Shown: positions 11,205 to 21,748 of the stretch, one piece after another
How positions within the stretch are numbered: the first letter of the stretch is position 1
Layout: each line of letters opens with the position of its first letter
Origin: Macrostomum lignano
Taxonomy: Eukaryota
NCBI GenBank assembly: GCA_002269645.1
Contig: NIVC01000309.1
Location: 62,001-126,000 of the forward strand
Direction of reading: 5' to 3'
Length of the DNA stretch: 64,000 bases
The notes under the pieces: generated by a model
The model's input: only the letters and a program-made list of their open reading frames with translations
The model's database searches: none
What the model was told of the DNA's origin: nothing
Translations under genes and position numbers: made by a program

Positions 11205-14200
11205 TATAATTGGGTTAAAGCTACCAAAAAATGGAGCTCAAATTTGAAATCCGCACTATCAAAAACCCCTATAGAGATGGAATTATGATCTTATCAAAAT
11301 TGCAACTATTTTATCAACATAAACTTCAAGAAGCCCCAATAGCTACATGTACTATGCATGGCATACACACTATTTTCTTAAGAGTGATGCATGCCAACAA
11401 GGCTAATGCATGCCTAATTTTTCAGGTGTATTTGAATATTGCATTATTTAAAGTGTGGACTTGCAGAAAAAAATTTGGTAATCATTGTTTAAGTGTAATC
11501 ATTAGTTGGTTTTTTTAAATGCAAATATATAGACTTATACTTATAATAAGGTTCTCAAATTGCACAAATGTAATATCAGTTAGTAATAACAATTAGAATT
11601 AGCTAGATTAGTTATATAATAGTTAAGTTCAATTCAAACTTATTTACTCTTTACTAAGTTTTAATTATTGCAATTTTACTTTAATTTCACTTAAAGAGTA
11701 GAATATTTATTCATTGGATAACTAATTAGATGATGAAGCATTTTAATTACTTAAAAATATCATAGTTACTTCCACTATTCAGCTTTTACTTTTTGCTTAC
11801 ATTTGGAAACACATTTGAATAGTAGACTTAAGGCTAGCTTATTTGGTTTTGGATTTAGAATTTTTTGTACGTTTGGATTTGGTTTAAGAAACTTACATAT
11901 AATGCAGTTGGTGTACAAATAAAATTTCCCTATTGTGCATTCCAGATTGCACTCAACATGATCTATAGTAGACAATATACTCACTTTTATACTTACCTAG
12001 TAATGTGTTACATTGTAATAACAATCATCTAGACATAAGGTTTACTTAGGCCTACAGAATAAGCCTAAAAGATTCTCAAAAGAAGTTTATATCTAGCTTC
12101 ATTAATGAATAGGCCTATTCTCAACTAGTCTTAGTCTTGGGGGATTGAAAAAATGCCTTATTTGTTATTTAGTAATAATATCTATCATTCTATTGATTTC
12201 AAAATATAATAGATAATAAAATTAGGATTCCTTTTGTATCTTACAAGATATTCTGTTGCAACAATTGGTCTTTAAATTGATGTCTATTCTTGTATTCAAT
12301 AAAAATCTAGAGCTGGGTCCAAATTGGCAAATATGATATCAATATTAGCTTATTTTAATTGTAAGTTTATACGCTAGACTTAGGGTCCGCACCAGGTTTT
12401 TTTATGCAAATAGGGTGTAATTTACTCCCTGAAATTTGGATTTGCACCCACTTTTTTGGCACTGGATGCAACTGCAGCAACTCGTGCATCTGCATTTTTT
12501 GAGATCAAGATGCATGCAAGTCATTTTTTTAGCAAAAGTTACATACAAAACATCATGCATAGATATATTGTTTCAACACTTTCAAATATTCATTAAATAC
12601 ATACTTTCCCTAAATTTCTACTTGTTTTTCTTCTATAATTAAAATGCATTGAAATAAAATTTTATAAGAATAGGCATGTCGTTGTCATCAATTCTAATTA
12701 ATTATTCATCCCAACAAAATTGGCAAATTTAAACCTAGATGCAAGTTCCTAGTTTTCACATTTGTATCCATTTTTTAAGCTTGAGATGCAAGCTTACATC
12801 CACATTTTTGGCAGAAAAAAACCTGGTCCGCGCCGGCGGCGCCCGCACTACGTGTACGCTGCCGGTGGTTCTCCATCATTTAAATTTGCCGCTGGAAATT
12901 ACAGGAATGTTTAGATCTATTCAAACAAAGTTAACGAAAACTGTGGCTGCTAAGTTTCTTAGCCTCAATGGCGGGGTAGTTTTGGTTGTACCTGGGCAGT
13001 CGAAGTAAAGAAATTTCTCTGAATGACTTGCAGATCGGTTGTACAAAAGCTGACCGGGGTGATTCAAGCTCGTCTTCAAATGAAATGCATTGAAATTTAA
13101 CTTGTACTTTTTCGCTAATATATTTTGCACCGTACTCGTATATACTATTAGTAGTATTCTGCTGCCACACCGTGGAATAGCGCAATTTACCCTCAGAACT
13201 CTTCCTTAGTTAGATCACTTAATTGGGTCTTAATCATTACGATCTCCGAGAGTCAAAAAATTTAATTTTAAAGGCGCCCTTACTAGCACTGGTGGGAAGC
13301 TGTTAAGTTACGAAGCATATTTTTCTGATCAATCTTTAATGCTTGTCACAAAAGCGAAACTGAATAAATACTAATGACGTAACTAGCTCGTAATCAACCG
13401 CTAAATATGCATGATAGTTATTGGTCGGGATTTGAAAAGTTTGTGATTACAATTTAGGGGGCCTTTCTAGTTTTGGAAATTTCAAAAGAATTAGGGAGTA
13501 TGCTTCACTGGCAGAGATTCCTACTTCACTGATTCCTACTTCACTGGCAGATAGATGGCCATGAGCTACCGGGTGATGAAACAGAGACACCGAGTGGAAG
13601 CGGTCGAGCTGTGGGAGCCGCAAAATTATACTGAATGGAAATAATTAAGGGCGTAAGAGATATACAGCTGTATACTCACGATCCAGTAAGCCAATAGCTG
13701 TACATGTATGTAAACATAATCACAGGTAGCTAGGTAGTAGACGAGTTAGAATAATGAAGTGACTAATTACTGCTCGTAGTGCATGTAACATAAAATCCGC
13801 AAAAATCTAAAACCGCATTCAATATTCGCATCGATAAAAACTGAACCAAGTTGATTTCGCACTCTTGACTACAATGGACATGTACAGTGTACACTCATAT
13901 TCATGTACATGCATACGGTGCCCTAAAATTCTAAACGCTTACCCTATGATTTTCTGCAGATGTCATTTCTTACATGTAAGTGCTTACAGTTCATCCAAAA
14001 TTAAATCAAATTTTAATATTTCTCTTACATGTAGACGTAACTGACTTGACCATGAGCCTGCGTTTTAAATATTAATGTCTGAATTGTATGTGCATGTATA
14101 GCCTTATAAAATGAATGAAATTTGCATGCATCTCACCGCTTTTGTTCGTCAGAGTTGATTGCTCGATTGATGGGTAATTTGAATTGACACAAGTCTTACA

Positions 14201-14227
14201 TTTACAATGTACATTCTTTGGTTGGGG

Positions 14228-14807
14228 CAGGGGCGTAGCCAGGAATTTTGATTGGGGGGGGGCCGTGAGTTAGGGGGCGCCAGCTTCTTATAGGGGGCGC
14301 TAGTTTCTTTTAGGGGGGCGCCAGTTTCTTATAGGGGGGGGACGCCAGTTTCTTTTAGGGGGGGGGCGCCAGTTTCTTATAGGGGGGGGGGCGCCAGTTT
14401 CTTTTAGGGGGGGGGGGCGCCAGTTTCTTATAGGGGGGGGGGCGCCAGTTTCTTTTAGGGGGGCGCCAGTTTCTTTTAGGGTGGGCGCCAGTTTCTTATA
14501 GGGGGGGGCGCCAGTTTCTTTTAGGGTGGGCGCCAGTTTCTTATAGGGGGGGGGCGCCAGTTTCTTATAGGGGGGGGGCGCCAGTTTCTTTTAGGGGGGC
14601 GCCAGTTTCTTTTAGGGGGGGGCGCCAGTTTCTTATAGGGGGGGGGGCGCCAGTTTCTTTTAGGGGGGGGGCGCCAGTTTCTTTTAGGGGGGGCACCAGT
14701 TTCTTATAGGGGGGGGGCGCCAGTTTCTTTTAGGGGGGGCGCCAAGGCCAGAGTTGGTGATTGGGGGGGCCACGGCCCCCCTTGCCCCCCCTCTGGCTAC
14801 GCCCCTG
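14228..14807. mobile_element. hAT-type MITE with an internal ~24-bp G-rich tandem array
   Basis: Perfect 15-bp TIRs CAGGGGCGTAGCCAG / CTGGCTACGCCCCTG. Perfect 8-bp TSD GGTTGGGG at 14220-14227 and 14808-14815. Confidence 0.92.
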
Positions 14808-15282
14808 GGTTGGGGAGCACGGAGATTACCCTCCGAGAGATTTGCCCCCCTCAATGCTTAGTACTTTTTAAAATCAGAGAATTAATTAGGGGACAAAGCG
14901 ACATGGCATCTGCATGAATTAATAGCTCACCGATGTACCCTAGCATGCATATTTTGATCGGGTAAATCTCTTTATTAAGACCTACTAAACATTGGGGGGC
15001 GGCAATGCAGATAAAATCTGCCGCAGGAAAAAAGCTTATTAAGTTTGGCGGGTAAATCTCCTGCGGCCAAATCTTGACGGGCAGTTCGTCTACGGGCAAT
15101 TCTCATGGACCCTTTTGGTTGATGCGTGTACATTTGTACATTTTGGACAAATACTTAAACAAAGACAATGTAGTTTCAACTTAGTTTCAATTCTGACTTG
15201 AGTTAAGTCGGTCACGGAATTATTTTTTCCGGTTCAGCCTTTTCTAAACAATTTTCAAAAATTAGATATGAATCCACCGTTT

Positions 15283-17256
15283 CTAACTAAGGTGCTCGCG
15301 CTGGATTCGCTTCACTTGGGCAATTGTGGACCCGGGTTTGTCCGGAATATCCCGGTAGGGCGGATCCTGAGTTCCGTGGATGACCAGCGTCCAGTCCGTA
15401 ATCAGTCCGTGTTGCGTGTAATTTGCTGAACTGGCACTCATTTCTGCACGCAAGGTCCACTGGCCTGCCGCGAACTCGCCCCACATGTGTGTAGTCATAA
15501 ATGGCCAGTCGGTGAATCCTTTCTTTGAGTCACTATCCATAGGTCGCCTCCCCAACAGCATTGATGTTGTATTGCTTGGTGACGTCAAGAACAAGAGGAC
15601 GTCACCTCGACGACTTGCTCGCAGCGTGACAAAAGCCTGGACGTGCTCGATGAATCTTACTCTCGAATTTGAATCGAAATCGCAACCGTTTGAGTCAATA
15701 GTCAGTTCCACCTCTTGGCGAACGTCAAAGTAGACTGGTTGAGCCACCCGGCCCGCGGTGCATTCAAACCGTTCAGGCAATGGGCGCCAAATTTGGGCCA
15801 TCTCGACCATTGCACCGGCGTCCAGCACCCCAAAGCCGTACAAATGGTGGAACTTCAGCCCAGCTGCGTTGCGCTCCCACTTGTGTCCACGGCTTTCATC
15901 CTGCAGGCCTCTCTTTTGAGAGGTGAGCACCACCAGGTGTTGCATGTCTCGCCACGTCAGCCGAGGATTCGCCTCCAACGCCAGGGCGAACACTCCCGCT
16001 GCCTCAGGGGCAGCCGCACTGGTCCCAGAATGGTAGAGGGTGCAAAAGCCGTACAGGTCTACGGTAGCGACGCCAGCATCAAGGCCCGCCCCTCGACCGC
16101 TAGAAAACGTCGATGCCAGAGTCGACGAGCAAGACTCGCCATAGATTGCCGGACTGCCATCATTAGTAACTGAGTTGATGCTGATTGTCCACATGCTCCC
16201 CGTGTAGCCATCGCAGTTGCAATCGTCCTTTGGGCCGCCATTGCCGCTGGCCCACACAAATATGCTTCCAAGGCCGCCGCGTCCGAGAGTGATTCCGTCC
16301 CTCAGGACGCGGGATGTCTCTTTGAGAGGCCCATCAAGGGTCTTTCCATCATCGGTGGGGCCCCAGCTGGCCGAGTAAATATCGATAATGTCCCTTCGGT
16401 GAGACATGGCAGCCGCTTCTAGCAGGTCGGTCACGTAGAGCTGGTCCAGAATGCGCAGGCCGGCCACTCGGCTTCCGGGAGCCACGCCGACACTACAGAT
16501 GCGATTGTTACGTTTAGCCGACACCTCACCGGCGCAACGAGTGCCGTGGCTGTTGAACCGATAGTCTGCATACTTCGGAAAAGGATAAGGATCGTTGCTA
16601 TTGAAATCGAAGCTGGCTTCTGCGTTGTAGCTTTCGGCCAGGTCAGGGTGCAAGTAGTCAATCCCGTCGTCCACGATAGCGACGGTAACGTTGCGGCCGA
16701 TGTAGCCCGCCTCCCAGACTGGCAGGACGTTCAAGTCGAGGCCAGGTGTACCCCAGGATTGTCCAGTATTCTTGAGAAACCACGCTTTTTCGAATAGTGG
16801 ATCATTCGGCTCCGGGAGCTGCTGCTCTGTTCTGTTGGTAGACCCGCCCATTGTTGCTGTTGTATTATTCCTCCCATTGGGATTCGAAACAGCAATGTTT
16901 TTCACCTTAGAACTGCTTGAACGAAAGCCGCGCTTGTTCCGACGGAATCCCTGCTGCTGAGTGGCACTCTTCACGTCGGGATGCTGAGCGATGGCGTTGA
17001 TGATGTCATCTCTGGCATTGCTGTCCGCTTCCGGTATATCATCGTGTACAGCATGGAACTCCAGATCTTCTCCCAGGTGCCGGCGCACCAGCTGTAGACC
17101 GTTAATGTCGGCAGTCACTCGCCTTGCAGCCGCCTCGCCATCGGGGTCGCCGGCGCTTGTCTTCACAACCAAGTGGATGTCTTTGGTGTAGACGGCACTG
17201 TTTGCTCGAACTGCAGTTGTGCCAACAACAAGTAGGCACAAGCAGAGGCGTAGCAT
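15283..17256 (-). CDS. PCSK2: Proprotein convertase 2-like (neuroendocrine convertase), 657 aa, single coding exon
   Basis: Signal peptide; prodomain ending RRNKR; NDPLF..W.L.NTGQ..GTPGLDLNV; catalytic D (VDDG), H (FNSHGTRCAGEVSA), S (HSGTSAAAPEAAGVFALALEAN); DIYSASWGPTDDGKT; DDCNCDGY..SMWTISINS; P-domain with RRGD and WPFMTTH.WGE. These closely follow recalled vertebrate PC2. Confidence 0.93.
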   Translation of the reverse strand: MLRLCLCLLVVGTTAVRANSAVYTKDIHLVVKTSAGDPDGEAAARRVTADINGLQLVRRHLGEDLEFHAVHDDIPEADSNARDDIINAIAQHPDVKSATQQQGFRRNKRGFRSSSSKVKNIAVSNPNGRNNTTATMGGSTNRTEQQLPEPNDPLFEKAWFLKNTGQSWGTPGLDLNVLPVWEAGYIGRNVTVAIVDDGIDYLHPDLAESYNAEASFDFNSNDPYPFPKYADYRFNSHGTRCAGEVSAKRNNRICSVGVAPGSRVAGLRILDQLYVTDLLEAAAMSHRRDIIDIYSASWGPTDDGKTLDGPLKETSRVLRDGITLGRGGLGSIFVWASGNGGPKDDCNCDGYTGSMWTISINSVTNDGSPAIYGESCSSTLASTFSSGRGAGLDAGVATVDLYGFCTLYHSGTSAAAPEAAGVFALALEANPRLTWRDMQHLVVLTSQKRGLQDESRGHKWERNAAGLKFHHLYGFGVLDAGAMVEMAQIWRPLPERFECTAGRVAQPVYFDVRQEVELTIDSNGCDFDSNSRVRFIEHVQAFVTLRASRRGDVLLFLTSPSNTTSMLLGRRPMDSDSKKGFTDWPFMTTHMWGEFAAGQWTLRAEMSASSANYTQHGLITDWTLVIHGTQDPPYRDIPDKPGSTIAQVKRIQREHLS

Positions 17257-18416
17257 TGGATTATTGTACTACTGGATTCTACCAGGTAGGGATTAGCGTT
17301 TTGTAGCACCTGATTTAGAATTTTTACTTCAGATCTTTGACAATCAGTTTCATACAGCCAAAGCAAGTTGTGTTCCCGCTGTTGCTCTCCTAATCTACTA
17401 GTTTCTTGCCATATTATGCAAAAGCTAAAATTTCCGAAATGCGATTTCATTCACATTCCAGAGGAACAGTTTTGAGTGGAAGCAGAAATTCATGTTCGCA
17501 TTCGAAGCAAATTCTGTTAGCGTTTTTTTTCTCGTAAAATAATCCCAACGGTTCACCTCTTTCCGCCTCGAACGATAATTTTAGCTACTGATCGTGGATT
17601 TCGATATTTTTTACAATCGATTTTTCGGCAGCTAACAGTCGGGAAATTGTGAAATCGCTTTTTTCATAGTTTGCTACACCCTAAGCGAAGAATGCTTGCA
17701 AGCAGGCCATGTCCATATCAGCCCCCCCCTTCAGAATGACAGCTGCAAACCAGACAGCTTCGATGCAAAGAAAAAAAACGAAACAAAAATGAACGGATAA
17801 AAATGTAAATTACTTTTGGAGTCTGGCTGTCTGGCTGTCTGCAGGCTGTGGCCTGGTGCTACAGAGGGTAGCAATCTGTAGAGCAAGTGAGGGGGGCGCA
17901 TGCAGTCGCGCCCTAAACCATCTGCTCTTCAATTTTTCTTATGCCCGTAGTCTCAGACTCGGTGCTCAAACGACTAAAAAAATCCATTGAGCAGGCCTTG
18001 CTGCTGCAAAAACCGAGGAGTCTCAGGGCCCCCCCTACCGCGGTTCACCTGGAGCCCATTGTCTGTGTGCTCAGCGGGGGGGGGGTGCGGGTGTCTGCCT
18101 GCAAGTGCTGCCAAGTATTTTGGTTGGGGTGGAGTGCATCGCTTCTGCGCTGCTGTCGCTTCTGCCAGGGGGGGGGGCTTCTTCTATTGACAATTGGGCC
18201 TCGCATTATTTGACACAGAGCCACACTGCAGAAGGACTGGGGGTTCCAGACGAAGCTGAACTGAGAAAATAGGCTTGAGCATGGAGTTCTAGAACTTACA
18301 CCCGGAGTCGCAGGAATAGAAAATGGTAATAATTTTTTGTTTTAATAACTTTCTGTCTAGAATAGGATTCTGAGGCTCGAACATCGACACTTTAAAAGCA
18401 GCTTTAGCCTTTAAGA

Positions 18417-18560
18417 CAGGCGTTGGCAAACCCCTCGTCCTCGGGTCCTTTGAAACTTCATCATTGCAATCCGGCCCGCTCAAGGCTTGTGTCTCATCCC
18501 CGCTTTCTTCTCTCTAATCTCCTCTCTTTTCTCTTTTCTCTCCTCTTGTCTCCCTTTTAG
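18417..18560 (+). mobile_element. Truncated hAT-like element end related to the MITE at 42083
   Basis: Starts CAGGCGTTGGCAAAC. Shares TCCGGCCCGCTCAA.GCTTGTGTCTC (18470 vs 42098) followed by CT-rich sequence. No matching right end or TSD found. Confidence 0.45.
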
Positions 18561-19204
18561 TTAGCGATAAGTTGAGTGTATACTGAAAAACCTCAGCCTC
18601 TCAATAAGCCTACGGCTAACTGAAATACGAGTAGTGTGGTTTGAGCAAAGAGTAGCCACTCCAAGCTTTGGTTTCAGATCTCCATGGCTCGAGCTGAGCA
18701 TGAGTCATTGCAGCAAACAAAAGTGGTCGCTCGGACAACTGCATGGTCTCCCACTCCACAGCTCACACACCTCTCTTCTGAGCCTCTGTGCCGCATCTCT
18801 TAACTAGCCCCCCCCCACCCTCCACTTGGCAACCAGTTCGGCCATAAAACCTTGGACAATTCTTCTCTTTCTTACTGTCTTCTCTCCAACTGCTTGGCCT
18901 TGGCTTAGCAGAGTCGTTCTGAGAGCAGTTCTAAACTACTGGGAAGTTTCGAAAGTCCAGAGCGGAGTGACAATCTGGTGTATGGCGACCTCAGCTTGAT
19001 AAGCTAACAAATTAGCCATGACTAGATTGCTACTTCTCACTGGCTATCGATCGGTCATCGCTGTCGGATAGTTGTCATGTGCACGTGTGATTTACAATGG
19101 CGTTCGAGTCTGAACCTCCAGTACTGACTCGTGTTCTTAACGTGTTTATTTAACTCTTGGTTCGTTGAAGTTTTAGTGCCTGTGCGAAATAGGTTGAGGA
19201 GAGC

Positions 19205-19897
19205 GGCACTTACAGGTGTTTCATGTGCATTGAGGACACGGGAGCTTACAGGTGTTTCATGTGCATTGAGGACACGGGAGCTTACAGGTGTTTCATGTGC
19301 ATTGAGGACACGGGAGCTTACAGGTGTTTCATGTGCATTGAGGACACGGGAGCTTACAGGTGTTTCATGTGCATTGAGGACACGGGAGCTTACAGGTGTT
19401 TCATGTGCATTGAGGACACGGGAGCTTACAGGTGTTTCATGTGCATTGAGGACACGGGAGCTTACAGGTGTTTCATGTGCATTGAGGACACGGGAGCTTA
19501 CAGGTGTTTCATGTGCATTGAGGACACGGGAGCTTACAGGTGTTTCATGTGCATTGAGGACACGGGAGCTTACAGGTGTTTCATGTGCATTGAGGACACG
19601 GGAGCTTACAGGTGTTTCATGTGCATTGAGGACACGGGAGCTTACAGGTGTTTCATGTGCATTGAGGACACGGGAGCTTACAGGTGTTTCATGTGCATTG
19701 AGGACACGGGAGCTTACAGGTGTTTCATGTGCATTGAGGACACGGGAGCTTACAGGTGTTTCATGTGCATTGAGGACACGGGAGCTTACAGGTGTTTCAT
19801 GTGCATTGAGGACACGGGAGCTTACAGGTGTTTCATGTGCATTGAGGACACGGGAGCTTACAGGTGTTTCATGTGCATTGAGGACACGGGAGCTTAC
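19205..19897. repeat. Highly homogeneous 36-bp minisatellite (GAGCTTACAGGTGTTTCATGTGCATTGAGGACACGG)
   Basis: Near-perfect periodicity; ORFs are 12-aa repeats. Confidence 0.97.
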
Positions 19898-19921
19898 ACT
19901 TAAATGCTTTGAGTATTAATG

Positions 19922-20452
19922 GCAGGAGCACTTGCAGGTGTGCAGAATGAAGACAGGAGCACTTGCAGGTGTGCAGAATGAAGACAGGAGCACTTGCAGG
20001 TGTGCAGAATGAGGACAGGGGCACTTGCAGGTGTGCAGAATGAGGACAGGGGCACTTGCAGGTGTGCAGAATGAGGACAGGGGCACTTGCAGGTGTGCAG
20101 AATGAGGACAGTAGCACTTGCAGGTGTGCAGAATGAGGACAGGAGCACTTGCAGGTGTGCAGAATGAGGACAGGAGCACTTGCAGGTGTGCAGAATGAGG
20201 ACAGGAGCACTTGCAGGTGTGCAGAATGAGGACAGGAGCACTTGCAGGTGTGCAGAATGAGGACAGGAGCACTTGCAGGTGTGCAGAATGAGGACAGGAG
20301 CACTTGCAGGTGTGCAGAATGAGGACAGGAGCACTTGCAGGTGTGCAGAATGAGGACAGGAGCACTTGCAGGTGTGCAGAATGAGGACAGGAGCACTTGC
20401 AGGTGTGCAGAATGAGGACAGGAGCACTTGCAGGTGTGCAGAATGAGGACAG
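19922..20452. repeat. 31-bp minisatellite (AGGAGCACTTGCAGGTGTGCAGAATGAGGAC)
   Basis: Visible periodicity; ORFs repeat every 31 aa (3 units). Confidence 0.97.
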
Positions 20453-21153
20453 AACTATTTTTTAACTTTCCGCACAAAGTATACTGTACAGCTATAAAGT
20501 TTACACGTAATAAATATGATTGATAAAGAATGAGCTCTGAGAACTACTTAATCTAATGGTTAATGTACGAGAACTCTTACATGCACAAATAAATGACGGA
20601 GAGACCTATACTGGTCACTTTCATGGACAAATAAATGGAGCAGTTTAGAACAGTCATGTCAGTATATATTTAATCCAAGACATATATAGTGGTATGCAAC
20701 ACTCAGGTTCAATGCATCAAAAGCATCAGAAAAGCAAAATAATATTTGAAGCAGTTATACTACTGGCCCGAGCTCCTCCTTGTCATGCATAGTTGATAAT
20801 ATTACAACAAAGGTCACACTACAAAGGGATTAAACTCTTTGCTCAGAGATTCCCTTGCAATACAAATTTGCACTCGGAGTGAAATTTTTACTCAGTTGCA
20901 CAAAAAAATTCGTTTCAGCGTTTCCTTTTTCCTACTGTAAGTAGAAACATGCGATTTTTTTCAACTAAGAATGTGCCATTTCTACAAAGCCTGGGGCGCT
21001 TGTTGCAATCGAATTTTTTTCCCCTAATAAACTTTGGTTCGAAGAGTAGAACAGATGTGTCATGCTTACATAAGAAGCCGGTCAAGACAAAAAGCACAAC
21101 TGGTTTTAACAAAGGTCAAAGGTCACGATTTGGTGGGGAGTCGTCGGGAGGAC

Positions 21154-21706
21154 TTATACAAAGTTCACGGATACCAAATTAGTCTTGTCGCCCGCCTGCT
21201 GCCCGCGCTGCTGCCGTCTCAGCAGGCGCTTCCTATGGTGCCTCGGCGCCCAGCGCCCGATGCAGGAGGCCAGATCGTCGTCTGTGGTGGCGCCGGCGCG
21301 CTCCTCCGCCAGCTGCTGCGCCCGCTCCCTCAGCAGGCGAGCTCTGACCGGCCGTCTGGTCACGTAGCGGCTGCCGTCAGCTCGGCGCTTCACCACCCAC
21401 TCCATTGCCGATGCTTCACCACCTGCGGCAGCTGCCGGCTCTTCTGGCAGTGCCGCTGCTGCTGCTGCTGCTGCTGCTGCTGCCGAATGCTCTTGAAGCT
21501 GATGCTGCTGCTCCGGTTGTTGCTGCGGCTCTTCCTCGATTGTCTGGCAGCGGTGCGGCTGCGGCTGCGGCTGTTGGAGCAACTTCGGCGGCGGCGGCGG
21601 CGCCTGCTGCAGGCTGAGCAGATTTGTCTGCGGGTTCAGAGTCAGCTGGGGACCGCCGCGGATGCGGGTGCCCATCCTTGGCACGTTTGGTCTCTGCTGC
21701 TGCAGT

Positions 21707-21748
<42 letters not shown>

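Noticed and set aside
12385-12830. Short inverted match ACCAGGTTTTTTT / AAAAAAACCTGGT suggesting a MITE
   Set aside because: Only ~13 bp, low complexity, and no TSD.
18940-19090. Possible LINE remnant (DNLVYGDLSLIS)
   Set aside because: Only faint resemblance with several stops; cannot be supported without alignment.
19131-20477. Cys/His-rich repeat ORFs resembling metallothioneins or zinc fingers; regular repeats resembling CRISPR
   Set aside because: Pure tandem repeats open in several frames, with no unique spacers and no cas genes; eukaryotic context.
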